Made by a program: the position numbers and the translations under genes
Part shown: positions 1-10,662 of the stretch, piece after piece
Numbering within the stretch: position 1 is the first letter of the stretch
How the letters are laid out: each line of letters opens with the position of its first letter
The notes under the pieces: model-generated
What the model was told of the DNA's origin: nothing
The model's database searches: none
What the model saw: only the letters and a program-made list of their open reading frames with translations
Source: Deltaproteobacteria bacterium
GTDB taxonomy: Bacteria > Myxococcota > Kuafuiibacteriia > Kuafuiibacteriales > Kuafuiibacteriaceae
DNA: 64,000 nucleotides
Direction: 5' to 3'
Assembly: GCA_016703535.1 (NCBI GenBank)
Contig: JADJBV010000001.1
Span: 6,382,270 to 6,446,269, forward strand

Positions 1-2377
1 GGAGCTCCGGCTTCACCTCGCCCAGGGCACCGGCGATGTCCTTGGCCTTGCCGACCAACATCTTCTGCGCGAAGCCCGCACCTTCACTCGCCGCGGTCGG
101 GAACTCGAACTGCTGCTGGATCGCTCGGAGCAACACCTCGTAGGCGTAGGGACGTTCGGTCAAGGCCTCGAGGACTCGGCGAGCCTCCACCAGGGTCTCG
201 GCGTCGTTGACCCGCAGCTCCCGCAAGAAGCGGAACCAGTGATCGGCGAACTTCTCCAGGTAGAGGTCCCGGAAGTGTTCGGCCAACTTTCGATCGTCCT
301 CGTATTCGCCCAAAACCCAGGCGTCTACGCCCTCGGGCGTTTCGCCCAACTTGGAGCGCACCAACTTCCAACCCGCCCGTGAATACAGGCCCGGCACCGC
401 GTATCCGGCGGTCAAGGCGCCATGAGCCCGGCCCCCCAACAGCTCCCTCAAGGTCACCGGTTGTGAACCTTGGGCGGCCTCGGCCACCAGCCGGTGGTAT
501 TCGGCGTCCCGCTCCTTCAGCGACTTCCTGGCGCTTTCGATGATCCCGTCGTCCGGGTTGGCCCAGCGGGCCGCGCCGCTCTGCACCAACGACAAATAAC
601 GGGCGATCAACTTGGACAGGACGGCCTGCTCCTTGGCCACCTCGGGGTGCAGCTGCTTCTTCCACTGCTCCAACAAGACCGGGGTCGCGAAGGCCACCTC
701 CAGGTGTTCCCGTTGGGTGGTCAACATCAGGTAGGTCTTGAGCAGGTCGTAGTCGGCGACCACGTTTTGGGCACCGCCGGTGCTGACCATGTCGGTCAAC
801 GTCGCCTCCAGCTCCAAGGCGGTGGGGTCGACAAACACTCGCTTCAGCTGGGCGGCGTAGAAGCGGGACAAGGGCGGCAACAAGGTGGGCCCTACAAAAA
901 AGCCGGCGCCGTACCCGATCGGCAAGTTGGCTTGCAAAACCTCGAGCTGGGCGATCGAGTCACCGACCCCGGCCAAGGCGGTCAACCCAGCGATCACCTC
1001 GGTGGGCTGATCGCTGTCTTGGCCTTTGGTGGCTTCGGCCCGGGCCACAACCTCTTGGGTGAGGGCCTGGTTGTTGATGGTCCCGGCGATGGACAAGCCG
1101 AGCACCAAGAGGCCCACCGCGACCCCGGCGATCAATCCACCCACCTGGACCCGGGCCCGCCGTTGACGGCCCAAGACCGAAAGACCGCCGCGGCCAACGT
1201 CGGCGAAGGCGACCTTGCCGTAGAGATCGTGGAGGAAGTAGCCCTTGGTTTCGGCGGGCTTCTCGACCGGGACCTTGACCGGCACCAACCCAAAACCGCG
1301 CCGCACCTCGGCCAAGACCCGATCGATGGTCCGCCCGTCTTGGTGAGCGCTGGTGAAGTACACGCCCCCCAGCGGCGATCGTTCCCCGTAGCTGTTGGGT
1401 TGGAGCAAGACCCGCAGGAAACGCTGCAAGGGAACTTGCGTGGCGCGGAGCTGCGAAGGGAGTTGATAGGCCCGCCCCCGCTCCTTGGGCTGGCACTCCA
1501 CCAGCCGAGCCCGAACGTGTTCGTGGAGCCGTTGGTAGAGGTGTTGGTAGGCCTCGGGCAAGGTGGCCTCGGGATCTCCTTCGGGCACGGCGAAGCCCAA
1601 GGTCTGTCCTCGAGTGGCGCCGGCCAACCCCGAGAAGGCCTCGACGAAGCCCGGCAAGACGTCGCTCTTGCAAAAGACCAGATACACCGGCGGCAGGCGC
1701 TCCAACCCGGCGATGCTTTCGTGGAGCTGACGTCGCAGCCGGGTGGCCAAGGCATCGGCGGCCTCTGGCGCCCCCAACAGGTCCCCCAGCGGCACACACA
1801 ACAGGATGTTCTCCACCGGGACCGCGGCCTTGCGCAGGACGGTCAACACCTCCAACCACTCGTCGTGATCCGGGCCGTCCTCCCGTTGGCCGTAGCGACC
1901 GGCGGTGTCGACCACCACGCCGTTTTTGGCGAACCACCACTCGATGTCGGTGGTGGGATCTTCGGGCTTGGCTTCGCCCAAGGTGGTCAGCTGAAAGTCG
2001 AGGCGGGAGCGGCGCAGGATCGAGGTCTTGCCCACGCCGCTGGGGCCGATCATCAAGGTCCAAGGCAAACGGTGGAGGCCCGGGCCTTGGGCGCCGGCGG
2101 TTTTGGAGGAGGCCAAGGCCACGCCGACCTTTTGCAACTTGGCTTGCAAACGTGCCTTCACCTCGGGCGCCACCACCCGAGCCGACGAAGGTTGGTCGGC
2201 CCGTTTGGCCTTTTGGCTCTTGATGATCCGAAAAACGACGAAGCCGAGGTACGGCAACAGCAATAACGCCGCCACGCCAAGCTGCACGCCGGACGACAGC
2301 CCAAGGCCCGCGCCGAAGACGAACAACGCCGCCACCAGGGCCACCAACACCAACCCCACGATGATCAACAACACCAT
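1..2377 (-). CDS. tssM: Type VI secretion membrane-complex protein TssM (IcmF-like), N-terminal part; gene continues beyond window start
   Basis: Minus frame from ATG 2375-2377 reads MVLLIIVGL... (hydrophobic N-terminus). Walker A LMIGPSGVGKTS is encoded at about 2011-2046. A sampled stretch (about 1502-1558) reads PEAYQHLYQRLHEHVRARL with GC-rich third positions. It sits immediately downstream of tssL. It is absent from the ORF track only because there is no stop in the window. Confidence 0.65.
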   Translation of the reverse strand, partial: MVLLIIVGLVLVALVAALFVFGAGLGLSSGVQLGVAALLLLPYLGFVVFRIIKSQKAKRADQPSSARVVAPEVKARLQAKLQKVGVALASSKTAGAQGPGLHRLPWTLMIGPSGVGKTSILRRSRLDFQLTTLGEAKPEDPTTDIEWWFAKNGVVVDTAGRYGQREDGPDHDEWLEVLTVLRKAAVPVENILLCVPLGDLLGAPEAADALATRLRRQLHESIAGLERLPPVYLVFCKSDVLPGFVEAFSGLAGATRGQTLGFAVPEGDPEATLPEAYQHLYQRLHEHVRARLVECQPKERGRAYQLPSQLRATQVPLQRFLRVLLQPNSYGERSPLGGVYFTSAHQDGRTIDRVLAEVRRGFGLVPVKVPVEKPAETKGYFLHDLYGKVAFADVGRGGLSVLGRQRRARVQVGGLIAGVAVGLLVLGLSIAGTINNQALTQEVVARAEATKGQDSDQPTEVIAGLTALAGVGDSIAQLEVLQANLPIGYGAGFFVGPTLLPPLSRFYAAQLKRVFVDPTALELEATLTDMVSTGGAQNVVADYDLLKTYLMLTTQREHLEVAFATPVLLEQWKKQLHPEVAKEQAVLSKLIARYLSLVQSGAARWANPDDGIIESARKSLKERDAEYHRLVAEAAQGSQPVTLRELLGGRAHGALTAGYAVPGLYSRAGWKLVRSKLGETPEGVDAWVLGEYEDDRKLAEHFRDLYLEKFADHWFRFLRELRVNDAETLVEARRVLEALTERPYAYEVLLRAIQQQFEFPTAASEGAGFAQKMLVGKAKDIAGALGEVKPEL

Positions 2378-2381
2378 GGGT

Positions 2382-3038
2382 TCAGCTCCGCACCGCGCCG
2401 ATCCGCTCGGCAGCGTTGGCCGCGGACTGCCGGGTGTAGGCCAATAGGCCGAGGCCGATCAAAAGCGAAAGGCCCAACACCGACAGGCCGATCACCAGGC
2501 CCGGGAAGGGGCGCCGCCGCCCACCCCCTTGGAGCCGAGGCACCCCGTCGGGCGAAAGTTCCTCGCCCCCCGAGACCTCCAGGCCGGCCAAAGTTGCGGC
2601 CATGATCCGAGGCAACTCTTCGGACTTGCCGATCCGGTGGCGACCCAAAAACCCAAGGCCCAAGCAGAGGTGATAAACCTCCAACACGCCGGGGGATCGT
2701 TGGCGCACCACCTCCAGCCGTTCGTAGAAGCGTACGCCGGCCATCCGCTCGTTGTAGAGCTCGGCCTGAAGTGGCCTCGAGGCCCACTCCAACTTGCCGC
2801 TCCACTGGCTGAACTGGATCACCTCGTCGATGAGGGCGGTCAGCGCGTATCGCGCGTCGTCGATGTCCCCCGGGCTGTGGCCGGCTCGGCGCGCCTCCTG
2901 CTGAAACCGCTCCAGCGCCGCTTTGATCTTGAGGTTGGCGGTGGGGGCGTCGGGCAACTCACTGTGGCCCTCGGCGATCTGCGAGGCGCAGAGCAGGAGC
3001 TCTTGCGCCAGCTCGGCCAGCGGCACCGGCGCGTTCAT
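2382..3038 (-). CDS. tssL: T6SS membrane protein TssL (DotU family), 218 aa, C-terminal TM helix
   Basis: DotU-like core motif RYALTALIDEVI and a single C-terminal TM. Synteny tssJ-tssK-tssL-tssM. Confidence 0.75.
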   Translation of the reverse strand: MNAPVPLAELAQELLLCASQIAEGHSELPDAPTANLKIKAALERFQQEARRAGHSPGDIDDARYALTALIDEVIQFSQWSGKLEWASRPLQAELYNERMAGVRFYERLEVVRQRSPGVLEVYHLCLGLGFLGRHRIGKSEELPRIMAATLAGLEVSGGEELSPDGVPRLQGGGRRRPFPGLVIGLSVLGLSLLIGLGLLAYTRQSAANAAERIGAVRS

Positions 3039-3039
3039 C

Positions 3040-4380
3040 TCAGAGCTCCACGGCCAACAGCTCCAGCTTCACCTGCTGGGGCTTGAGCGGCTGGAAGATG
3101 GCGATGGTCCCGCTCTTCAGGATGTCCTGCCAGTGGGAGCCCGCCTGGCCAAAACGCAGGTACACGTTGTCCGGCTTCACCGGGATGGCGGTCGGGGGCG
3201 AAAGATCCACCTGGAGCTCCAGGCCCGGCACCGCCGCGTGGACCACGTTGGTGATCTGCTCGTAGGAGCTGACCCGCACGTAAAGCGGCAACTCTTGGCG
3301 CAGCGTGTTCTCCGGGATCTCGCCGCTGGCCACCAGGTAGAGCTGGGACTTCTTCAACAAGGTCTGATCCAAACCCCGGGCCAAGAACAAACCGGGCTGA
3401 GGTTGTTCGAGGGGCAGCGACTTGTATTGCTGCGCGATCACCGTCGCCAACAACTCCGACAGCTGATCGAAGATCGGATAAAGGGACTCGGCCAGCTGCA
3501 GGTGTTCGTAGCGCGGCAGATCTTTGGGCTTACGTTGGGGCTCGAAGGTGGCCAGGCGCCCGACCAGCTCCGTCAACGTCAGGTACAAGCGCTCCGGGTG
3601 GGCCCGGCCGGTCGACGCCAAGTGCTGAAGCACCGGCACCGACGCGTTCAGCGTGTAGAGGTACCAAAACGTCACCATGTCGACCGAGCCGAACTCGACC
3701 AAGGAGGTGCTGCGGCCTCGATACCGTCCGGCCAAGGCGGTTTGTTTGGCGGCGGCCAAGGTCACCAACCCCGACAAACGCCGGGTCAAGGCTTGGCTGG
3801 CGGTGGTGGACAAACACGGCGGCACATAACGTTCCGACACCACCAAGGCGCCCGCTTCGTTGACCTCCAGCTCGGCCAACTTGAGGGTCACGTAGTTGGC
3901 CCGGTCTTCGGAGCCGAGGAGGAGCTGCACGTTGGGTCGCACCAGCTCCAGCTCCGCGTCTTCGGCGGTGCCGTACGCGTCGGGGGTGGGGTGAGTGACC
4001 CGCACCAAACGAGCGCCAGCGGCCCCGGGTTCACCGGCATAACTCGAGCTGCCTCGGGTCGCGTTGCTGGGCACCGCCAAATAAACTTCGGCCTTGGGAC
4101 CCCCACCACTCAAGGCGCCGTTGGCCATCACCACCGCCGCTTTGCTCGGGTGATCGGGGCCGATCTGCACCAAAAGACCGTCGGGCATCACCGCGGTCAA
4201 CCGCCGCACCTCGTAGAGCCCCCGGGTCAAGGCGTCGGGCGCGATCTCCAGCTCGGCCACTCCGAAGCCGTGAGGATGGAGCGCGCCCAGGCGTTGATCG
4301 ACCTCCTCCTCGAAGTGGCGTTCCAGCGCCTGAAAGTGTTGGGGCATCATGTAGAGCCCCTCTTTCCACATCGGCTTCAT
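3040..4380 (-). CDS. tssK: T6SS baseplate protein TssK (ImpJ/VasE), 446 aa
   Basis: N-terminus MKPMWKEGLYMMPQHFQALERHFEE matches the TssK consensus (W.EG.fL.PQHFQQ). Size is typical. It is 2 nt from the tssL start. Confidence 0.8.
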   Translation of the reverse strand: MKPMWKEGLYMMPQHFQALERHFEEEVDQRLGALHPHGFGVAELEIAPDALTRGLYEVRRLTAVMPDGLLVQIGPDHPSKAAVVMANGALSGGGPKAEVYLAVPSNATRGSSSYAGEPGAAGARLVRVTHPTPDAYGTAEDAELELVRPNVQLLLGSEDRANYVTLKLAELEVNEAGALVVSERYVPPCLSTTASQALTRRLSGLVTLAAAKQTALAGRYRGRSTSLVEFGSVDMVTFWYLYTLNASVPVLQHLASTGRAHPERLYLTLTELVGRLATFEPQRKPKDLPRYEHLQLAESLYPIFDQLSELLATVIAQQYKSLPLEQPQPGLFLARGLDQTLLKKSQLYLVASGEIPENTLRQELPLYVRVSSYEQITNVVHAAVPGLELQVDLSPPTAIPVKPDNVYLRFGQAGSHWQDILKSGTIAIFQPLKPQQVKLELLAVEL

Positions 4381-4390
4381 CGAGCGGCTC

Positions 4391-4906
4391 CTATTCGGCG
4401 GCGGGCTTGAGTGGCTCGGCGATCACTCGGTTGTCGGCGAGCTGAGCGCGGATCTGGGTGTGGAGTGACTCGGGCGTACAAGCGTCGACCGCCGGGCGCA
4501 CGTCCACCACCTTCTTCCACTGGTTGCCATCGTACTGACGGAAGATCCCGACGATCGCTACGAAGGCCAGCTCCGGAGAGCCGACCACGGTCTCGATCTT
4601 TTCTTCCGCCGGAAACACGGTGAAGGTCACCGTCTTGATCAAGGTCGGGCCCAGGGCTTCGGTGCCGCTGCGCCACAAGGTGTTGAAGTCGAGCTCGTCG
4701 AACTTGTCGGTGGACTTGAGCAAATAAGCCCGCACCTCGACCGGCAAAGACTGGCCCTCGGGGCTGAGGTTCAGCACTTCACCCGCTTTGACGAAGAGCT
4801 CGAGGGGGATCTCTTTACACTTCTCCGGCCCGGGGAAGAGCGAACGATACAGGCTGCAGCCCGGCAACAAGGCCAAGATCAGGAGCCAAACACTACGCGA
4901 CATCAT
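4391..4906 (-). CDS. tssJ: T6SS outer-membrane lipoprotein TssJ-like, 171 aa
   Basis: Lipobox LLPGCS, size about 170 aa, position upstream of tssK. Confidence 0.65.
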   Translation of the reverse strand: MMSRSVWLLILALLPGCSLYRSLFPGPEKCKEIPLELFVKAGEVLNLSPEGQSLPVEVRAYLLKSTDKFDELDFNTLWRSGTEALGPTLIKTVTFTVFPAEEKIETVVGSPELAFVAIVGIFRQYDGNQWKKVVDVRPAVDACTPESLHTQIRAQLADNRVIAEPLKPAAE

Positions 4907-7119
4907 GGTACCCGGAACACCAGTCGGACCGAGCCGACCCGAACCTCTTGCCCGTCGCGCAAGGTGGCGAGGCCCACCGGCTTACCGCCGAACTCGAGCC
5001 CGGCCTCGGCGCCCAGGTCGGCGATCTGACAGACCTGGCCATCCAGACGCGCCGCGGCGTGGATCCCGCCGACGCCCGGGCCCCGGACCATCACTTCGGC
5101 CCGAGGGTGAGCGCCGATCGAGCTGGTGACGCCGTTTTCCAGCGGCACGTGGGCGCCATCGTCAGGGCCACCGACCACCACCAGGTACGGTTGTCGCCCG
5201 GGGGAGTCCATGCGGAAGCGGGTCGCGATCTTCACCAAAAGTTCGGTGTCGCCCACGTGGATCCGTTCGTCATCCTTCAACACCCGCCGCCGCTCTTGGC
5301 CGTCGTCGCCGCGGGTGACCATCACCCACCGGCCCAGGCCGTCGAGATCAAAACGGGCCGACGAAGGACGGCTGGTGGCCGAACCGACGCGGAAGTCACC
5401 GCCATCGCCCACGACATAACCGGGCCGCAAGACCAAGGTGGTCCGTGGTCCGTCGTGGAGCGGCAACAACCAAGCGGCCACGTCCACCGACTCGACTTCG
5501 CTGGCGCTGAGGACCTGGGTCTTCTTCGACAGAGGGTCGACGGTGGACTGCTCCGAGCTCGGCGCCGAAAGAGGTGCGCCGCCCAAGTTGGGCAAGGCCA
5601 CCGGCGGCAACGAAGGCTTGGCGCTCAAGCTGCCCATGGTGCTGATCACGGGCTCGGGGGCTTTGGCGTCCCCTTTGGCGATCCGCAAAAACTGGGTTGG
5701 CGATGGCAAGGCCAGCTCGTTGTTGGCGTCGGGCGAACGAGGGCCCGGTGGCGGTCGGGTCTCGGCTTCACTCTCTTCCAGGGAGGGCTGCTCGAGGTGA
5801 GCGGGAGGCATCGACAAGGTCGGGATGATCTCGTCGTCGTCTTTGACTACCGGCTTGGGCGCGGGGGCTTTGACCTCGACCTTGGCGGCGGCTTTGGGGT
5901 CGGGCTTGGCGGCGTTGGGAGCCGGTTTTTTGGGGACCCCCCGCACCTCCACCTTGCCCTCGGCTCGCCCCTCCGCGGCTCGGGACGGGGTGATCTGCAT
6001 GCCCTTGATCATGCCCGTGTGCTCGAGGGAAGCGGGGGCCGCGCTTTTCATGTCTTGCAAGACAGCTTGCGCGCTGGCGACCTGACGGCGCCGGGCTTGG
6101 GTCATCAGCACCACGCCGCCCGCGAGGAACAAGAGGCCACCGGCGATGGCCAACACCAAACCCCAGTGAGCAAAGCCCGGCGGCTCCACCAAGGGCAGAT
6201 CGATCTGGACCGCGTCGGTGGCCAGATCGGCGCCGGCCTCGATCTGAAAATCGGTCACCTTGCCGGTGAAGAGTTGGGGCAGGTCGTACTCCAACACCCG
6301 CTGGTGCCGCAGCTCGTCGGCCAAGGCCACCAGGGCCGCCTTCATGTCGGGCACGTTGGTGCTGGGCCGCATGGTGCCGCCGCTGCGTTTGCTGAGTTCG
6401 GTCAAGGTGCGCAGCGGGGTGTCGTCGATGGGCGCGTAACCGACCGCGTGGATCCGGATGCCTCGGCTGGCCGCGTCGCCGCCCAACTTGGTGAAGGCCC
6501 CAAACTTGAGCTCGGCGGCCAGGCCATCGGAGACCACCACCAAAACCCGGCGTTCTGGCAAGTTGGCTTGCGAAAGTTGAGCGAGGCCGTCCCGGACCCC
6601 GTCGGGGAGCTCCAGCTCGATCGCATCTTCTTTGATCTGGAGCGCCTGCAGGGCGTCGCGGGCCGCCTTGACCGAGGTCGGCTTGAGTTCGCTGATCACG
6701 CCGTCGGCGTAGGCGATCAGGCCCACTTGGGAGCTGGGAGGCACCAGATCCAAGAGCTGCAGGAGCCCCGCCTTCAATTCGGCGAAGGCCGATCCAAAGA
6801 TCGGCGAACACTGGATCACCATGGTCAACGCCATGGGCTCCCCCAACTTGCCGAAGGTCTCGACCTGGGCGGCGTTGGGCAGGCGTTGGCCGTTGACCAA
6901 CAACTGATAGGGACGGGGAGTGGCCGGCGGGATCACCAAGCCGTTTTCATCGAGGTCGCTGAGGTAGATCCGAACCTTGGTCGGGGGTGAGGTCGCGATC
7001 CGCTCGATGCGCAGCGTGGGCTTTTGGGTCGAGGGACCGGCGGCCCCGACGGCGGGCCACAAGAGGCTCAACAAGAGGAGGCCGACCCCGAGGGTCGAGC
7101 GGCCGAGCGGGGCGCCCAT
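4903..7119 (-). CDS. Signal-peptide protein with N-terminal vWA-like domain, central TM/Pro-Ala-Lys-rich linker and C-terminal FHA domain (T6SS-associated, Fha/TagH-like role?)
   Basis: Start chosen at ATG 7117-7119 (MGAPLGRSTLGVGLLLLSLLWPAVGAAG signal); a GGAGG lies about 17 nt upstream. vWA-like strand RRVLVVVSDG. C-terminal FHA-like ...GQEVRVGSVRLVFRVP. Stop overlaps the tssJ start (ATGA at 4903-4906). Confidence 0.6.
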   Translation of the reverse strand: MGAPLGRSTLGVGLLLLSLLWPAVGAAGPSTQKPTLRIERIATSPPTKVRIYLSDLDENGLVIPPATPRPYQLLVNGQRLPNAAQVETFGKLGEPMALTMVIQCSPIFGSAFAELKAGLLQLLDLVPPSSQVGLIAYADGVISELKPTSVKAARDALQALQIKEDAIELELPDGVRDGLAQLSQANLPERRVLVVVSDGLAAELKFGAFTKLGGDAASRGIRIHAVGYAPIDDTPLRTLTELSKRSGGTMRPSTNVPDMKAALVALADELRHQRVLEYDLPQLFTGKVTDFQIEAGADLATDAVQIDLPLVEPPGFAHWGLVLAIAGGLLFLAGGVVLMTQARRRQVASAQAVLQDMKSAAPASLEHTGMIKGMQITPSRAAEGRAEGKVEVRGVPKKPAPNAAKPDPKAAAKVEVKAPAPKPVVKDDDEIIPTLSMPPAHLEQPSLEESEAETRPPPGPRSPDANNELALPSPTQFLRIAKGDAKAPEPVISTMGSLSAKPSLPPVALPNLGGAPLSAPSSEQSTVDPLSKKTQVLSASEVESVDVAAWLLPLHDGPRTTLVLRPGYVVGDGGDFRVGSATSRPSSARFDLDGLGRWVMVTRGDDGQERRRVLKDDERIHVGDTELLVKIATRFRMDSPGRQPYLVVVGGPDDGAHVPLENGVTSSIGAHPRAEVMVRGPGVGGIHAAARLDGQVCQIADLGAEAGLEFGGKPVGLATLRDGQEVRVGSVRLVFRVP

Positions 7120-7255
7120 TCGGGCCCTTTTATCAGCCTCCTCGGTCCGCCGCACAACCCCGGTCCATCGCCCGGTCGGGGCCTGGACAATTCCTCCTGA
7201 AAGGCTAGACTTCCCGCACCGTTTGGGCCGGCTTTCGGCCCGACGCACCACGCGC
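7120..7255. promoter_or_regulatory. Divergent intergenic/promoter region between the vWA-FHA gene (-) and the PP2C-FHA gene (+)
   Basis: 136-bp non-coding gap between divergently oriented start codons. Confidence 0.35.
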
Positions 7256-8319
<1,064 letters not shown>

Positions 8320-8320
<1 letters not shown>

Positions 8321-9303
8321 TGCGCGCCGCCGTTTGGTTGCTTTTGGCTTGGCCTTCGGTCGCGGGGGCCGAACCCAGCCTACGTTTGTTGGCCGTGGAT
8401 CCGTCGGCCTGTGCGCGTGACGGCGTGGTGAAGGTGGAGCTGGAGGAGCTGGAGCTGGAGGGCGAGGTCCGAGACTTTCCCGCCAACACCTTCCGCTTGG
8501 TCCTCGACGAGTTGACCTTGGGGCAAGAGGCGGTGCACGCGCAGACCCTGGCCCAGTCGGAGGTGCCGCTGTCGATCGCGGTGGTGCTGCAGGCCGACCT
8601 TACTTATCGGCCTGACTTCGAGCGCCTGACCCAACTCACCCGTACTTTCTTGCGCGCCTTGCCCGCTCGAACTCAAGTGGGGGTGTGGACGTACGGCGAC
8701 GCGGTGATCGCCCGGGCCCAAGGCACCACGCCGGATCTGGCCGCCGACAGCATCGCCCAGATCTTTGCGGTGGATCGGGTGGGGAGTTCCGCGCTGCAAG
8801 CCTGGCAACAAGCCTTCACAGCCCTGCGAGCGGCGCCGGGCCGGCGCTTTTTGATCACGGTGGCCGACGGCAAAAACGAGGCCCCCGACCGAGCCGCGAT
8901 CCGCGCGTTCGGGGATCAGCTGGCCGCCGCCGGAATCTTGTTTCATCCCCTCGCCTACTCTCCCGCCGACGATCGGGAGCCGATGCTCCACCTGGGTGAG
9001 TTGGCCAAACGATCGGGCGGCACTTTTCGCTTAGGCACCAGCCTAAGTGATCTCGAGGCCCAGCTCGCCAACCTGAGCGCCCAGCTGGAGCGCCGCTGGA
9101 TCTTGAGTTTTTTGGTGCCGGATCGGTGTGCCCAGCCCCACCAACTCCAGGTTGGCCATGGCGCACTGCGCTCCGAGCCCCGGCCTTTGCCGGCGGTGGT
9201 GCCGCCGCCGCCGCCGGTGGGGATCTACGTGGGGGTCGGGGTGGGCGTGTTGGCGCTGGGAGCCGTGGGATTTTTGGTGCACCGGCGCAGGCGGATGGGG
9301 TGA
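8320..9303 (+). CDS. Secreted vWA-like domain protein with C-terminal TM anchor, 327 aa
   Basis: Signal peptide MRAAVWLLLAWPSVAGA; vWA-like core (RRFLITVADGKNE); C-terminal TM VGIYVGVGVGVLALGAVGFLV + RRRR. Its start overlaps the PP2C stop by 1 nt (TGATG at 8318-8322). Confidence 0.55.
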
Positions 9304-10562
9304 ACGTGGGAGCACCCCATCACCTCACCGATCGAGTCATCGCCGGCTACCGCACGGTGGCCATCGGGACCTTCAACTTCTTGCTGCTCTTTGGGCTGGT
9401 GAACGCCATCGCCCACGCGATCTTGGTCTCGCCGGCGCCCCATCCGGAGGGAGGTCACTTCCTGTCGGCGGGGGCGGCGCTGACGGAGCGCACGGAACTG
9501 TTGCGTGGACGTTATCCGGGGCGAAGTGACGCCGAAATCCGCACCTTGATCGAGACGCCCCAGGTGATGGCCCATCCCAAGCTTGAGTTTATCGGGAGGC
9601 CGGGCACCTCGGGCTTCTACACCGTCGGCGCCGACGGGGTGCGCAGCAACGGAGCGCAGGAGTCGTCCCGAGCCCTCGATGACGCGGTGTGGGTCTTCGG
9701 TGGGTCCACGGCCTTCGGGCACGGCGTGGCCAACGAGGACACCATCGCCGCGGCGCTGGAGCGGCTCGATCCTTCGCGCCGATACTTGAACCTGGGCGTT
9801 CAAGGTTACCACCTGAACCTTGAGTTGGATCGGCTGGTGCATTTGCTCAAGCAAGGCCACCGCCCCCGCCACGTCATCTTCATCGACGGCCTCAACGACG
9901 CCATCGCCTGCCGGGCGAGCAACTTCGCGCCCGAGGACCTGCCCTTCTTCGTCGCCAACGCCTACGGTCACCAGTACAACATCGCCCACGAGGTGCTGCC
10001 CAAGGGGTTGGGGTGGTTCCTGCGGCAGCTCCCGGTCACCAAGCTGATTCGGCGGGAGTGGGCCGCGGGGAAGGCACAAGAAGAACCCAGGGATCCCGGG
10101 TACACCGATCCCCACGATCCGTCGTCACTCTACGTGCGAGATCCGCTGCTCCACTACGAGCTCAACCAGGCGCGAGTTCGGGAGCCCAGCGCCACCCCAA
10201 GCGACGTCGAGAAGTTTCGACGCTACTATCGCGCCAACCTCGAGCTGCTGCGGGGGCTGGAGAAGGGCTTCGGCTTCCGAGGTGACGTCTTCTTTCAGCC
10301 CAACGGCCTGCTCAACCTGGAGACCGGCTTCGTCTTGGATCCCAGCCAGTACCAGACGAGTGAACTCTACCGGAGCCTCGAGGCCATGCAGGCGGCGATC
10401 AAAACCGACCTCGCCGCCGGCCGCTTGCCCGGCATGGTCGATCTGAGCGAGGCGGATCGGAGCTGCCGCGACTGCTACGTCGACGCGGTCCACTACGACC
10501 GGCGCCTGGCCGAGGTCCTGGCTCAACACATCCTCACCACCACCTCCTCGATCGGTCGCTGA
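9300..10562 (+). CDS. Membrane-anchored SGNH/GDSL-type hydrolase (esterase/acyl-hydrolase)
   Basis: N-terminal TM (TVAIGTFNFLLLFGLVNAIAHAILV). SGNH blocks FGGSTAFG (block I, Ser), IDGLNDAIA (GxND) and DAVHYD (DxxH). GTG start at 9300 overlaps the upstream stop (GTGA); alternative GTG at 9306. Confidence 0.55.
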   Translation: MNVGAPHHLTDRVIAGYRTVAIGTFNFLLLFGLVNAIAHAILVSPAPHPEGGHFLSAGAALTERTELLRGRYPGRSDAEIRTLIETPQVMAHPKLEFIGRPGTSGFYTVGADGVRSNGAQESSRALDDAVWVFGGSTAFGHGVANEDTIAAALERLDPSRRYLNLGVQGYHLNLELDRLVHLLKQGHRPRHVIFIDGLNDAIACRASNFAPEDLPFFVANAYGHQYNIAHEVLPKGLGWFLRQLPVTKLIRREWAAGKAQEEPRDPGYTDPHDPSSLYVRDPLLHYELNQARVREPSATPSDVEKFRRYYRANLELLRGLEKGFGFRGDVFFQPNGLLNLETGFVLDPSQYQTSELYRSLEAMQAAIKTDLAAGRLPGMVDLSEADRSCRDCYVDAVHYDRRLAEVLAQHILTTTSSIGR

Positions 10563-10662
10563 GGAGTTGGGCCCGGTGTCCCATGGGACTCGCCGGGATC
10601 AATCTCGCCTGATCGGCCCGCCCACCTTGACCCGCACTTCGAAGGCCCGTCAGCCTGGTGGG

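Noticed and set aside
470-2266. 598-aa plus-strand ORF (and minus ORFs 84..665, 960..2063, 1132..1797)
   Set aside because: Gln/Leu/Gly/His-rich composition typical of high-GC antisense frames. The TssM frame on the minus strand (Walker A, hydrophobic N-terminus, GC3-rich codons) explains the region.
4948-6990. 680-aa plus ORF opposite the vWA-FHA gene
   Set aside because: Antisense artefact; no motifs, Gly/Arg/Leu-rich.
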